A stretch of 57,385 bases of DNA, the filler included, from Perkinsus olseni (Eukaryota), in NCBI GenBank assembly GCA_013115125.1. It is 2 parts of 2 records of this genome, joined end to end, with 100 filler letters (N's around TTAATTAATTAA, not from the genome) between each part and the next. Parts side by side here need not be neighbours in the genome. Positions count along the whole stretch, not along the records: positions 1 to 28,689 come from JABANN010000443.1; 1 more part is not named here. The stretch is one strand, 5' to 3'. Shown piece by piece: positions 11,214 to 23,840 of the stretch. The notes below the pieces were generated by a model. That model searched no databases. It worked only from the letters and a program-made list of their open reading frames with translations, and was not told the DNA's origin. How positions within the stretch are numbered: the stretch's first letter is position 1; each line of letters begins with the position of its first letter. Position numbers and translations under genes: made by a program.

Positions 11214-13053
11214 GATCAACAACGTGACATCGACGAACTCTAGTACAGAGAAACACGTTTAGGTAAAAAGCGCACGCCGTAATAATCGATATAGATGCTG
11301 CGCAATTTTCGTGAAAAGCTAAGATGAAGGGGGGCTGTTTTTAGTCGGGATCAGTAGTGGTTTTGGGAGGCGGCTATGACTTGGACTATAGCTCAGCATC
11401 CATTCGGTGTCTTGCTGGCCATCGGATGTCATTTAAACGACCCATCGTGAGAGCCGCTGTTGCTGCTGCTGCTGCTCGTTTGCTGCATGCGTAATGTTCG
11501 GTCCACCTGTTAGAAGACTGGCTGATTGAGAACACAACGCTCGGCTCTCGCCCTGTGGAATTAACGCTTCTTCGTTCTCTCTCAAAGTCCACGCAAGGCG
11601 AGAAGGCGGGCAACATCTTTCTAACTAGTCCTTTTCGGGGGCCGGAGTCTTAGCTATGCACGCATGCACAAGAGGTCTAGCGCATAATGAGTAACAGGAA
11701 TCCAATCTTCCATCTGTCGATGTTACTTAGCTTCAGCGTAGCTTCTTATAGACAGGATCAGCGATTAGAATATTACACACTATCAAGGTTACCCTCCCTA
11801 CTGGCAGTCAGCGCTTAGCGAGGAGGATGGTGCTCATTGTGAGTACAGCAATGGTAAATCAGGTCAGGCCGACTGGAGAGGACTGCAGTTTGAAGCTGCA
11901 CCCAACGCTAAACTGAAGACCAAGTTCATCGTTTGCCCTGAGCGAAAAGGCCACCGGGACGCGTCCACCAGCGACTTGTATGCTACTCTTTGATAGTACC
12001 CGAGCTGATAAATCTTTTACATCATCATGAGGCCCGTAACTAGAGCATGATGCTCTAGTTACGGGCCTCAAAAACCTCTATGGGAGTCTCGGCGCAACTA
12101 CTCACATTCGGAGAAGAAATGGAGGTTCGTGGAGTTTCCTGATGGCACTGGCGCGATTCGCGCCGCGCGAATCCCCTTGACGACGTTGATGCTTCGACTT
12201 TACAAGGAAAATTGAACGCTCTCACTGTGGCGGTTGGGAAATTGAGAATGAAATCTGAGAAGAGTTTGATGCGACTTGTGAATCAGTTTGTGAAAGATAC
12301 CTGTGCGGATGCGCTCAAGATTTTGTGGAGGGAATATCCTACATTGGAAGAGCTCTGCATAAAACATCGCGACACCTCGGAGGAAGTCATTTCTGCTGCT
12401 AACAACCGAGATTGGGAATTTAAAAAAGTTTAGTATAGAGGGCAACGTTATACCAGAGTTCGCCGGCTAGTGCATGCGTGAACACCAAGCTGTATTTACG
12501 CTTGCATTTCGTACCTCTTAAACGACTTAGTGTCGAACAGATGTCCCACGGTAATGATGTTATGTACTGGTTGTGTATGCCTTGTGTCTATTGAAGTCTC
12601 AATGGGAGCCAATATGAACTGCTCCAATAAAGCTGAGATGATGGATACCCCGCCGCGGTGCATCTAAGTGCCAGCAGCTGAGGAGGCGCCTCGGCGACTG
12701 ACGGCATTAGACACGCTCTGAATGCATCCGGTGAGAGTGGTAACCCGCGATTACAGCTGACTCTAACGAAGAAGCAAATGAAAATGGTATTACGAGACCG
12801 CTATGCCACATGCAATCATGAGGCCACTATGCCACCTGGCGTGAGAACAGATTCTCATGGGGGGGGCAATAATCACCACTCGCTGAAGTGGCTTGAGATT
12901 CCTCGTACAGATGAAATCAGGATCGATTGGGACGCGACCAGACTTAACTGATACAAAAAACTCTAACACAACTTCCATAGGGCATGAACACTCCGCACGA
13001 AACACGATGAGGAAAACAGTACACTCAAATTAACGGCATTGAAGATGGGAGTT

Positions 13054-14355
13054 TTACAGCTCAGTATTCGCAGGTGGTGCCTGAGAGGTCCAAGACACAG
13101 CAGGCCGACCAATGATAAGGCGTTCCTATTATAAAGAAGTCGGATAAATATCTATACCGAAGCTGTCAGTGTCGCTCAGAAGTTGCGGACGAGTGGTTGG
13201 CCATTCCGTCGGTACCCGTGGTCTCGTGGTTGATCTCCGTATTCCAGCTTCGGCAAGTTGTCGCTCCTCGAGAGAGTTCAAGGGCTCGCTTCGACCGACG
13301 GGGAAGTACTGCTTCTGTTGATACTCGACACTGATCAAAGATAAGGTGGCTTCATGACAGGGATGACGTGCCACCGAGGGAACTCACAAGTCAGTTTCAG
13401 GCTGCTCCAGTACGAAGTGTTTAATATCATTGACCTCACCCTGGTCGGTTGCGACCATCAAGATTCTTCCGGGGTCGAAGGAATATCTGAGTATCTTTCC
13501 ACTCCAGCGCTCCTTTCCAGGAATTCGTTTAACTGACGCGGCGTAGGATTGGCCGACAAGGCATCGGTGTCGACCGCTAAGATCTGCCGCACGCTCGCAT
13601 GCGAGAAACGGTGGATAAGATCGGACTGACTCATTCGCATGGTGACTACGGGCGACGAGAACCAGGAACAGCTCGAGCGAAGCTCTGGTCCAGAGGACCT
13701 TCGTTCAAATGCATGATCCTCGCTCCTGCGATATGGGGCGCCTTTCTGAACTTATCACTCTCAAGCATGTTGCATCAATATCATCATCATCCAGGTCTTC
13801 TAGAACCAACGTAAAGTGAACCGAATCAGCCAGCGGTCGGGGGTACCGCAGCGGTACTACCGCTGATTCGCTTACACATTGACTTTAGACAGCCCACCAA
13901 GGGTGAGTCTAGTCTTCCAGTCCGCCGCCAATTTGTCAGTCCCGGGTTTGCGATGCTCCAAGGACCAGCTCTGACTAGCGGCATCCACAATCAAACTTCC
14001 GGCGGTAACTCACCAATTTGAGCGTCACAAAGGTCATTTGCGTTTGCCCGGCTGTCGCTTGAGCCAAGTAATCATGAGGATCGATCGATGTCTTCTTTTT
14101 CTTCTTCGCTCCGCTGATGCCCTGAAGCCTTCGAATTCAACGGCACCTGCCTCCCGCCTGCACCTTCTCCTGCCGTCTCAGTTCTTCCCGAAAGGCGTAT
14201 GATACGTCATTATACATCTCTTCTGGATCATCCACTTCGCCCACGTCCAATTCCTCGAGGTCCTTTTTGGCGTCGATTATCAGCATTTCCCGCTCATAAC
14301 CGACCACAACAGAAACGATGATGATAAGTAGCAGAGTGAAGCCTCTCGGGTGCAT
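13054..14355 (-). CDS. MESD/Boca-like ER chaperone (multi-exon)
   Basis: Signal peptide MHPRGFTLLLIIIVSVVVG. Spliced exons read AGQTQMTFVTLKL...TDKLAADWKTRLTLGGLSKVNVYSFDPGRILMVATDQGEVNDIKHFVLEQPETDFVEYQQKQYFP, matching the MESD pattern (MFVTV...W...L...EIKDFLVGQ...VTLEGQVYPG). A possible last exon gives APPANTEL* (ER-retention-like); alternative stop at 13129. Confidence 0.65.
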
Positions 14356-15580
14356 CAAAACCGGCGGGAAAGAGCTGCGAACGGGAATTTGCACAAAGGG
14401 GGTGGTCACGGAATTCTCAAATAGGGTTCCCAGTTGGTGAACGTATATCCTGTGATCTTGATGAGACATGTACGAACACGATGGCTGCCGGAAGCAGAGC
14501 TTTTTACATGGCTAGAGGCTCAATTAACGGCCGACAAACCCAGAGCGGGGATTCTGGCGCGAGACCCTCCAAAGGCATCTTGGTGGGTAGGGAAGGAAGA
14601 CTGCAGTGCGGCAAACGCCATGGTGCATACTAGCATGCAAGCCGGGGACGAACACAAGGCTTAACCGTACGACGCAGCTCTCGATGTGGGTGGGGACATC
14701 TATCGGCTCGACGCCGGGCCGCGCACGAGCATTATGGGACTCAGCTGGAAAACCATGGTGACATAGCAGGATGTCTTGCACAATGTTTGTGCAAGTTGAA
14801 CACATCATTTACGCTGCACTGGACGGTGACTGCTGAGTCCTCTCCTGTGCAAGCACGAGAAAACGCAATCAGTCTGTTACAGTGGCATAGGACTGTGCTG
14901 TTGTCTACTTTGAGTATTTCTGGCGCTAGCATTTTTTTATTTCGGCCAGGTGTGATCGTACCAGGGCTGTGAATCACAAACTGTGGTCCAGCCGACCACC
15001 GGTCGCATTGACCGTTGTAGTCACCGACGGAGAGTCCGCCTTTTGCCAGCCCTGTCGTGAGACAGTGTTGCCCGGGCCACCTGCCTTGCGGCGGGGGGTG
15101 TTCGGACTGCAGGCCCGCTTGTCGCACCGAGGTTCTCCCACCAAGATTCGAACCTGGGGGGACTGCGTGTTAACCACGTGTTCTCCCCATTACGCTTTTT
15201 AGGTGGTGGCGCTAGTATCTTGGCGTCTATATTCACGCTGGTAGATGACTTTATCAGTGCTATTGTGGATAGAATCTTGGGAGTCCGCTCAACCGTTTAC
15301 TTGAGTTCCCTAATGGTTAACACTCATGGAGGCCACTGAGTGGAGTTAGAGACTCCAGAGTCGGAGGACGCAGAACAAAAATCCTGAATAATTAACAGAA
15401 AAACTGATCTCAGATACACCCTTGACGACGAGTGTGAAATCGAATAAGTCGACGATAACGGATCAACGAAACGCCTGTGGCGATGTTGAGGATAATAAAG
15501 GGGCTTACTGAAATGAGCCGTGAAAAAGGATAAGTGGTAAGAGACTTGAGTTATATGCTCCGTACCGGGAAGTGCTCGCT

Positions 15581-17173
15581 TCAATGCAGGCTGGCAGCAG
15601 CTCCAAGGACAAGCGTGTTTATGCCGCTATCCTTATTGGCTATCTTGAAGAAACCGTGGTCACCCCAGTTCTTATTCCAGTAGTCCTCGCCTTGGTAATT
15701 GCCCCAACCAAGTATCTTAACAGCATGCCCACCAAGATACTCACCATAAGTATGCTTGTAGACACCGTGCTTGTAGGTTGGAAAGTCTGCGTATACATCA
15801 AAAGCCGCTGATACCTACGCACAGGGGAGATTTTAAATCGTCAACAGAAAGATACCTCGCGTACCGGGCCGTTGGTCATGATTTCCCTCTTAATGCTGTC
15901 CGTGTTGTAGAATTGCGTCGGGTTCAAATCATCGGTGAAGTGACGATCCCTGCAGACGACAAGTGGTGCCAATAAAACCGGGTGCTCTCTGGACTACTCT
16001 TTAAATGGGGTTCGATACTTATCATTGGGGCAACTGGTCGCGCATGAAGGTGTTTTATACATAACCTAATAAGGCGACACCGAAAAATGACGACTCAGCA
16101 ACGCCCTTTTCCCCCCACTTCCGGACAGGCGCGATAGTTAGCGCCTCCGAGGAGGTGGTTGCACGGACGGAAATCATAAGGCCAGCAACCAGCGTACTCG
16201 TTCATAAATACGGACGGGGTGAAATCGTCACCTGGAGCAGAAGAATGGAGAACGGTGAAGTGAAGAAATCATTACCAGTGACTAATCCGACCAAAAATAG
16301 CCACTTCCATGAAGAAGTTGGATTGCCTCCAAGACACCCAAGAGCGCTGAAATCATGTAAGCTCACTCAACTTGCGGGAGCGAATGGCTGGGTTATGTCT
16401 TACAAGCAGCCGTTCAAGAGGTTACAGCAGGCGAGCATGTGGCCAGGAGAGAGCAGATCTTTGAATTGCCCTCCTGACTTGATACAGAGACGATCGTTGA
16501 AGGCCTCGACGGTACCGAAGGCCCAGCAGCTACCGCAGGCTGATTGATCTCTGGAAGATGAGATAGAATTGGTTAGAGGGAATGGGTATCATCTACCTGA
16601 CATGGCCGATGACGTCCTCGCACTCTTTGAACCCATCGCGTGCGTCGAAGCTGTCTGGCAGGTCTAGTAGATCTTCTGGGGGATAGATCTTCTCCTTCAG
16701 CTGCTCAGTCCCGTTCATGAATGTCCCACATAGAATCTTCACGTCGCCAATTGAGGCTCCTGAGGGTAACCAGCTGCCTGACTGTCTCGCCTAGACATAC
16801 TTCCCGCTTACCGTAGAACCTTCCCTGCTCGGTAGATGCAGTCCATGTATTCTGCTTAGAGTTGATCTCATCGACGAGGCTTTGCATAATGGCCGGTCTG
16901 GTCTCGTCGTAGAGGTCGCCCATCTTATCGGAGGACATGAACTCGGACTTGGCCTGCAGCTCTTTCTTGAAGCGACTAAAATGCTGAGCTTCTTCCTCGG
17001 GAGTGTACACCAAGGCTGAGGAATGGCGGGTAGGAAGAACCCTAGTCAAGTTCGACCTCACTTCTCTGAGCCTTGAGATCATCGAAGATGCTTCTTAGTT
17101 CTTTCGCAGCAGAAGCTGATATGAGGTAGAATACCAAGGCGATAACCGCCGAGAGACGCGAGGGATGTGCCAT
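15581..17173 (-). CDS. CTSB: Cathepsin B-like cysteine protease copy A (9 exons); in-frame loss of the catalytic Asn motif, probably inactive or impaired
   Basis: Signal peptide [67 protein letters not shown]. It reads EDYW-NKNWG where copies B and C read [14 protein letters not shown]. All introns are GT-AG. Confidence 0.88.
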
Positions 17174-19690
17174 TCAGCGACTGGCGAGTTCAAACACCTG
17201 CTCGGCAGTAGTAATGGAAAGCCGTAACTCCAGCACGTCCATGCAGTGGTGTGACGAATCGAATCAGCAAGTCCTTGAGTTCAGGTTTAAGCTTTCCGAC
17301 GGGCTTTGGCGCCGCTTAAGAACTCCGTCACGTCGCCGTCCGCAGGCACTCAGCTGTCTACCAATTACGTCAGCTTCCGCCACGATAAAACTCTCTGTTG
17401 GCTGATAATGAGCATGAGAGGAGCAATGAAACTTTGTTTACGGGAGACTGTCTGAAAGCTGTGAGGTGGTCCGGCGAGGGTTCGAAGCGTTTAGGTTGCG
17501 TGGACGGGAGGAACGGACAGGTGCCACGTGGAAGAAAGGAACAAATATCATACGTAGAAGAGACAACCGCTGTCCCGCAAGAACGGGCTGGATACAGTAA
17601 CGCAACTCATATGTGCTTTACGGCCAATCGACCACACGATCGGTGCTGTTCCACCGTTACTGCGAGAACGACTCTCAAAGTTTCTCACAAAACTTCGGCC
17701 AGACCTGTATGATCTCATGGAAGACGCTTGCTTTGAAGAGGACGTAAGGAAAAGTTCGTATCGGTGACGCTGAGGACCCTCGCACGAATCAACATGACTG
17801 GTGAGAGCCTAGAGGATTGCGTGGTTAGCTCAGGTCTCGGGAGGGCTCCTTGTGAGTGAGACGATGAAGAGAGCTGATGGCTGGAAACCAAGCTGGTTTA
17901 ACCAACGTCTAACCCTAGCCACGCCGATGAGTTATGAAACGACAGCACGTGGGTTGCACGCTCGTACACGGTCCGTGTAACATGCAGAACCACCCTGACG
18001 ACGAGTTCCTGACGAGTGTGGGTCTGAGTCTGCCCGGGTTATTTGTTTCATATTTGGCCTCTTCGGTTCACAGCTTCTCTTATCACCTCTGTATTTTAAG
18101 GAGTGTACGGGCCTCTCGCTCGGATCTGCGCGTGCTACATTAACACCCTTGATTCAAGAACCTCGAACGGCCAACTGGGCCAGTTGAACTGGCTTCGTGG
18201 CCCCTGGGGCCTAGGCGATCGAGCATTTCGATTCGAGATTGTTTGTCACTGTGAACAAACGTGCTCAACTGCTCACTGGTTCCCGAATCCCGAATTTGAA
18301 TTGACCTCGCCCAGACCCCCAGAGTGGGATGACCATCTTCGCAAAGCTCAGCGACGGATATGTCCTGTGCGTGACAATGCCGATCCCTTCAACGTATCTT
18401 TCGCCGAAACGGCTTTGGCGGAACCATGGCCGGTTCGGAAACTCAGGATCGCCATGAAATCAACTCGAGTACGATTTCGGAGCAAAATCATGTGTCTCTA
18501 CCTTTCCATCACTGCGCTATGAGTCATGGCCCATGGCCACTATAGCGGCAGAATAGATCCCCACAACTAGCTGCAAACCGCGAATATATAGCTATGTCAG
18601 GCAAGGGTTGAGTCCCAAGGATGAGCAACTCAAACAGTTCCGCAACAGTTTCCTGTCATACAGTTGCAACCCGTACAGTGTCGAAGACACTGTGCCACCC
18701 ATTCCTGTCGCTCAGCTCAGCTACGGTCAGCTACAGCTACCGTCTGCAGTGGACGCTTGAAGCCACAGTGGCACGTCATACAGCTCAGGCAGGCGGCCTG
18801 GCCACCATGCTGAGCTGTATGGGGCGCCACTTCACGAACTCGGAGTGTACGAGGTAAAGTTATACGAATTGAACCTTTTCAGAAAGATCCCGTTACAGAA
18901 TTCCTGTATGAATTGAAGCTGTACTAACTTGCCTTGCGCTTCTTGAAACTGTACCGAGAGACACTGTAGTAACTGAAACTGTGCCATTTGCTTCCTGACG
19001 AAACGTCACTGGACGAAATGAAACTGTACGCATTGGCACTCTACGGCGTCCTACGTGACGAGACTCGGAGTCTGGTCACTCCCGTCACGAGAGTGACTAG
19101 TACCGTCGTATATCAAAATTGTACTGTACGAAAAGCTACATGTACCACTCGACACTGTGCCAGCTTACACTCACCCTAGTGAGGTGCAGGGCGCTGATCT
19201 CATGAGATCCCCATACATTGCATGAGTACGTGCACTGTCTCCTCACCCTCTGCCCCCTCTTTCCAGGCTTCGCGTATTCACTCTGCTCGTCTGCAACCTC
19301 GATATCCGTAGCCCAGCCACTAAAGCATAATCGCAGATGGAAGCATTCTAGTATTGCGCTCAATACATCTATCTATCAACTGAGCGGCTTCGTAAAGATG
19401 ATGGAACCCGTGCGATTGGTAGACAACCAATTATCATCGACCTGCGACACGAACGACTTTCTAGCGTGCCGATTCTCCAACGGGGGAGAAACAGACTGCA
19501 GGACAACTTGCCGTAACGGCGGTTTCCTCAACGGTTAGTTTGTCTCAGTTCTGAGTTGTGGCACAACTTTCAGAACCAACTCAACCTTCGCGCCAGTGCA
19601 TCGGAGATACCACTTGCTTCGGGCAAGCGGTCCGCACTGCAATGTGTTAGTCGTTGGAGGATCCAACGTGGAATAACCCACTGTTGAATA

Positions 19691-21360
19691 ATGGCACAGC
19701 CGTCGCCCCTCTCCATCCTCGCCGTGTGGTTCGTCTACATAGCCTCGGCGCTTGGCGGTAGAGAACTGAGGAGCATCTTCGATGATCTCAAGGCTCAGAG
19801 AAGTGAGGTCGAACTTGACTAGGGTTCTTCCTACCCGCCATTCCTCAGCCTTGGTGTACACTGTACACTCCCGAGGAAGAAGCTCAGCATTTTAGTCGCT
19901 TCAAGAAAGAGCTGCAGACCAAGTCCGAGTTCATGTCCTCCGATAAGATGGTCGAGCTCTACGACGAGACCAGACCGGCCATTATGCAGAGCCTCGTCGA
20001 TGAGATCAACTCTAAGCAGAATACATGGACTGCATCTACCGAGCAGGGAAGGTTCTACGGTGAGCGGGCAGTATGTCTAGATGAGACAGTCAGGCAGCTG
20101 GTTACCCTCAGGAGCCTCAATTGGCGACGTGAAGATTCTATGTGGGACATTCATGAACGGAACTGAGCAGCTGAAGGAGAAGATCTATCCCCCAGAAGAT
20201 CTATTAGACCTGCCAGACAGCTTTGATGCACGCGATGGGTTCAAAGAGTGCAAAAGCCTCATCGGCAAAGTCAGGTAGATGATACTCATTCCCTCTGACC
20301 AACCCTATCTTGTCTTCCAGAGATCAATCGGCCTGTGGTAGCTGCTGGGCCTTCGGTACCGTCGAGGCCTTCAACGATCGTCTCTGTATCAAATCGGGAG
20401 GGAAATTCACTGAGATGCTCTCTGCCGGCGAGATGAACGCCTGTTGTACCTTCCTCCACGGGTGTCTGTAAGACACGTCTGCTTCTGGTCATCCGCTTCC
20501 GGCAAACCCGATATCTGCCTGATATTATCAGGGCCTTTGGCTGTCATGGCGGAAATCCCATAACGGCGTGGACCTTCCTAAAAACGAATGGACTCGTCAC
20601 CGGTGAGCCTCCCTGCTCTCCACTAGCGCTCTTTGCGATACCCCTGATTCAGGCTCTGACTTCGTGCCAAAGAAATACATGAACTGGTGCAACGGCTGCT
20701 GGCCGTACGACTTTGAGGAGTGCGCTCATCACGGGAAAGAGCCTGACTACCCCGATTGTCCGTCAGTGAGAGGCTCTCACTGAGAGCAACGGTGATGGCT
20801 AGCTCGTGAAGGGGCCTGTCTTTCCCGTCAGCATCCATACCGCACCCCTACGTGCTCTAGCAGCTGCCACAACAAGAAGTATGAGACTCCTTTCGATGAG
20901 TAAAAAGAGGAACTAACAGTTGCTTTCAACAGTTCCCCTCTGATGGTTAAGTCTCCTTAGGGATCGCTACTACACAGAGGATTTCTTACCGCATTGGTTC
21001 TTGCATACTGACAGCATTGAAAAGGAGATCATGACCAACGGCCCGGTATAAGGATTTCTGCCTTGCGAACGGTGCCCGTTGATAGTTGGCTCGGAGCATC
21101 TCTCCTATCAGGTGTCAGCGGCTTTTCTCGTGTATGAAGATTTCACCTCCTACAAGTCTGGCGTCTACAAGCATACTACCGGCGCCCTACTAGGCGGGCA
21201 TGGTGTTGAGATAATCGGTTGGGGTACTGAGAACGGCACCCCTTTCTGGCTCGTTAAGAACTCATGGAATGACGAATGGGGAGATTGTGGATTCTTCAAG
21301 ATAACTCAGGGTGATTGTGGCATAAATGCTTTGATTCTTGGAGGGACTCCCAAGGTGTGA
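19691..21360 (+). pseudogene. CTSB: Cathepsin B-like copy B, frameshifted by a 7-nt tandem duplication in exon 2
   Basis: Same 9-exon layout, with [14 protein letters not shown] occluding loop, GGHGV and KNSW intact. TGTACAC is duplicated (19855-19868) relative to copies A and C, giving [15 protein letters not shown]. Confidence 0.85.
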
Positions 21361-21599
21361 GTATTCGACCTACCCGACGATGGACATCATCCTTATAAGT
21401 AATATCTCGTACCCATCATTAAATTTTTTGACCTTCCATCAGTCCCCGAATGTAATAGCACATTGCTGCGGTATCAACGATTTTTCATACGTTCGTACTC
21501 GTCCTATGAAGTGCATCCTCGAATCAAGATATCCAACCTTACGATAAGGCTCTTCCGTGTTGAACAGTTGGGCGATCGGGAGTGGGGCCCATTCCGTGG

Positions 21600-22710
21600 T
21601 CTAGTACTCGAGCTGCAGCTGCATTACGCTTGAAGCAGTTTTACGCCAGCGTAATTACGCGAAAAAAGCGAAGTGCAGGAGATACATTTCGCCTAATAAC
21701 GCTGCGTACTTAATGGACTTGCACCTGCATTTCGCGTGGAACAGTTCTACGCCAGCGTAATTACGCGAAATACGCCAAGCGAAGTGTAATAAATACACTC
21801 CGCGTAATAACGCATGCGTAATTAAACATTACGCTTGACCACGCGGGACTAATACGTGCATTGGCGCGTCGTAGGCGTTATGGCATACACTATATTTCCA
21901 GCATACGACTACAGTGTGGGATATGTAAACCGACAGCCCGGTCTAGTTATGCCCAGCTGTTAGTTCATTGCTACTGCGTGTTATTAGGATCAGATGAGCG
22001 TCTGACCTCATTAAGAGCTTTGCACTCCCGTGCATGAGTATACGTGCTACACTACGCTCTGCTCAGCAAGGTGCAGATAACATTACTGCTTAGCTCCCCT
22101 CGAGTCCAATTTTACCATTCTTTGGGCCCCGTCTCAAGGCGCAGGCATGCGTAAAACGCGTCTCACACAGGCGAACACATAACGCGTATTACACGCCTGA
22201 AACCACGTGAGATAACACGTAGTACGCATAACGGCATGTGTTCACGCAGTGTGCATCACTCTTATCGCAGGAATAACGCGTACGATGCTCGTGAATTGAA
22301 GCACGAGTACACGTTGGCACGTGCAGTCACATGACACCGTCCTGACGACGGTCGATTCATCCGAGAATTCAGAGCATTCCTGGACCACAGGAACTCAGAC
22401 AAGATACATGAAAATAGGGACTCATCAGTTCTGACTTTTTGTATCACCAGAAGATGAGAATCGCGGTGAAAGCCTAACCTAGCCTTCACTGAGGTCAACA
22501 GCGCTTCGTGCTATTAAATTTCGGGGCGATACCGAAGTCAGAAAACAAGCAAAGCGCGCTATGAGTACTTGTGATGGGCCTGCACTGATTACCACTGTTG
22601 CGTAACTCGCTCGCCGCGTTTTACGCGTAATGTCCGTACAATGGAGCCATTATGCGTCCAATGGATTGGGTCGTGTAATGGGTAATACGCACTACGCTGA
22701 AGCTTCCACG
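21600..22710. repeat. Repeat-rich non-coding segment (ATTACGC/GCGTAAT motifs, ~105-bp direct duplication); possible non-autonomous DNA transposon relic
   Basis: CAGTT(T/C)TACGCCAGCGTAATTACGCGAAA occurs at ~21636 and ~21742; many TACGC/GCGTA words continue to ~22700. No clear TIR or TSD found. Confidence 0.4.
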
Positions 22711-23840
22711 AAGGAGGTGAATCTCCAGTGTTTCATCCACCAATCATTGGTGACCAATGTCTCCCGCAATCTCGACTAAGACACGAGAAAACTGGAGTCC
22801 CGTTTCGGACTTTGACGCAAGTTTCTCCATTCATTTCTCCTGGCAGCTGCTCCTCTCTTGATGATTTGTGGGTTCATACCAACAATATACGCATAGTGTT
22901 CCCTTTGTAGTGCAAAGTTTGCACTGCGTGACCGCCATCAGGAGGTGTCCTATGCGAGATCGTGGAGGTAATGAAACTACTTCGATCGAAAAAAGAGTGC
23001 GAGCGGCACGGACTGTTCGCGGCAGCAGAGGCCTTACACTCGAACACGAGTTCCGACAGTTCAAGTCCGCTAGGACGTTCGCAGGACGTCCCAGGATACA
23101 CCGAGAAAGCCATCTGAAGTGAGCGTATTCTTGGGCTTCATTCGTGAGGCCCGCGAGGATCTGCCTGTGGCTCAATGCACGATGATCGCTTGAAGCGATT
23201 TTCCCGCTGTGCATGCGTGCACAGCTAGTCGACCTCAAGACCACGCCGAGGAGGAGATTCTCCTGCTCCTTTCACACCTTCCGTGGACTACGAACGACAA
23301 TACGGAAGCGACGCGGCAGCAATGCCGGCGTCCGTGTCACTTTGCCTGCCAGGCTCCATTGCGTTAGGAGGCTCTCTCGAGACATTCGTCTGAGTGCACG
23401 AGGCATTGCATCATTATGCAGGCGTGCCGCACGGCGGCTGCCCCACCGCACCCTCCGTGCGCCTCGCTCGAGTGGGTGCTACTCGTTCTTCTGTATCGCG
23501 CACGGTATCGCGAATCGTCACATCTCGTGACCCGCTTATCTAGCAGCCTCAGACAGTCTATCGCTGCTGTCTACCGCTACTGTATGACTTGAGTCCGTCA
23601 TATTACTCGATGTAGTTGGTAGACAAGCAACTGTTTGAAACCGGTGACACGGGAAATTTGTACATAGCGGGGCGACAGCCGTCGCGGGCCGTGACTCACG
23701 GCTTCTTGCGGCTGAGCCTTGAGAAGAATCAGGGAGGTAACTCTCTCACATTGGCCAGAGGCTTTACCGAACTGAGGCTCCTCATCGTTCCGATCTCGGG
23801 CTAGCAACCAGTAGCTCTCAGGATCACAGCCTGTCCAGTT

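Noticed and set aside
14058-14068. CTTGGCTCAAG on the minus strand, matching the 3' end of the Perkinsus/dinoflagellate spliced leader
   Set aside because: Only 11 nt, inside a coding exon, and lacking the CCGTAGCCAT part.
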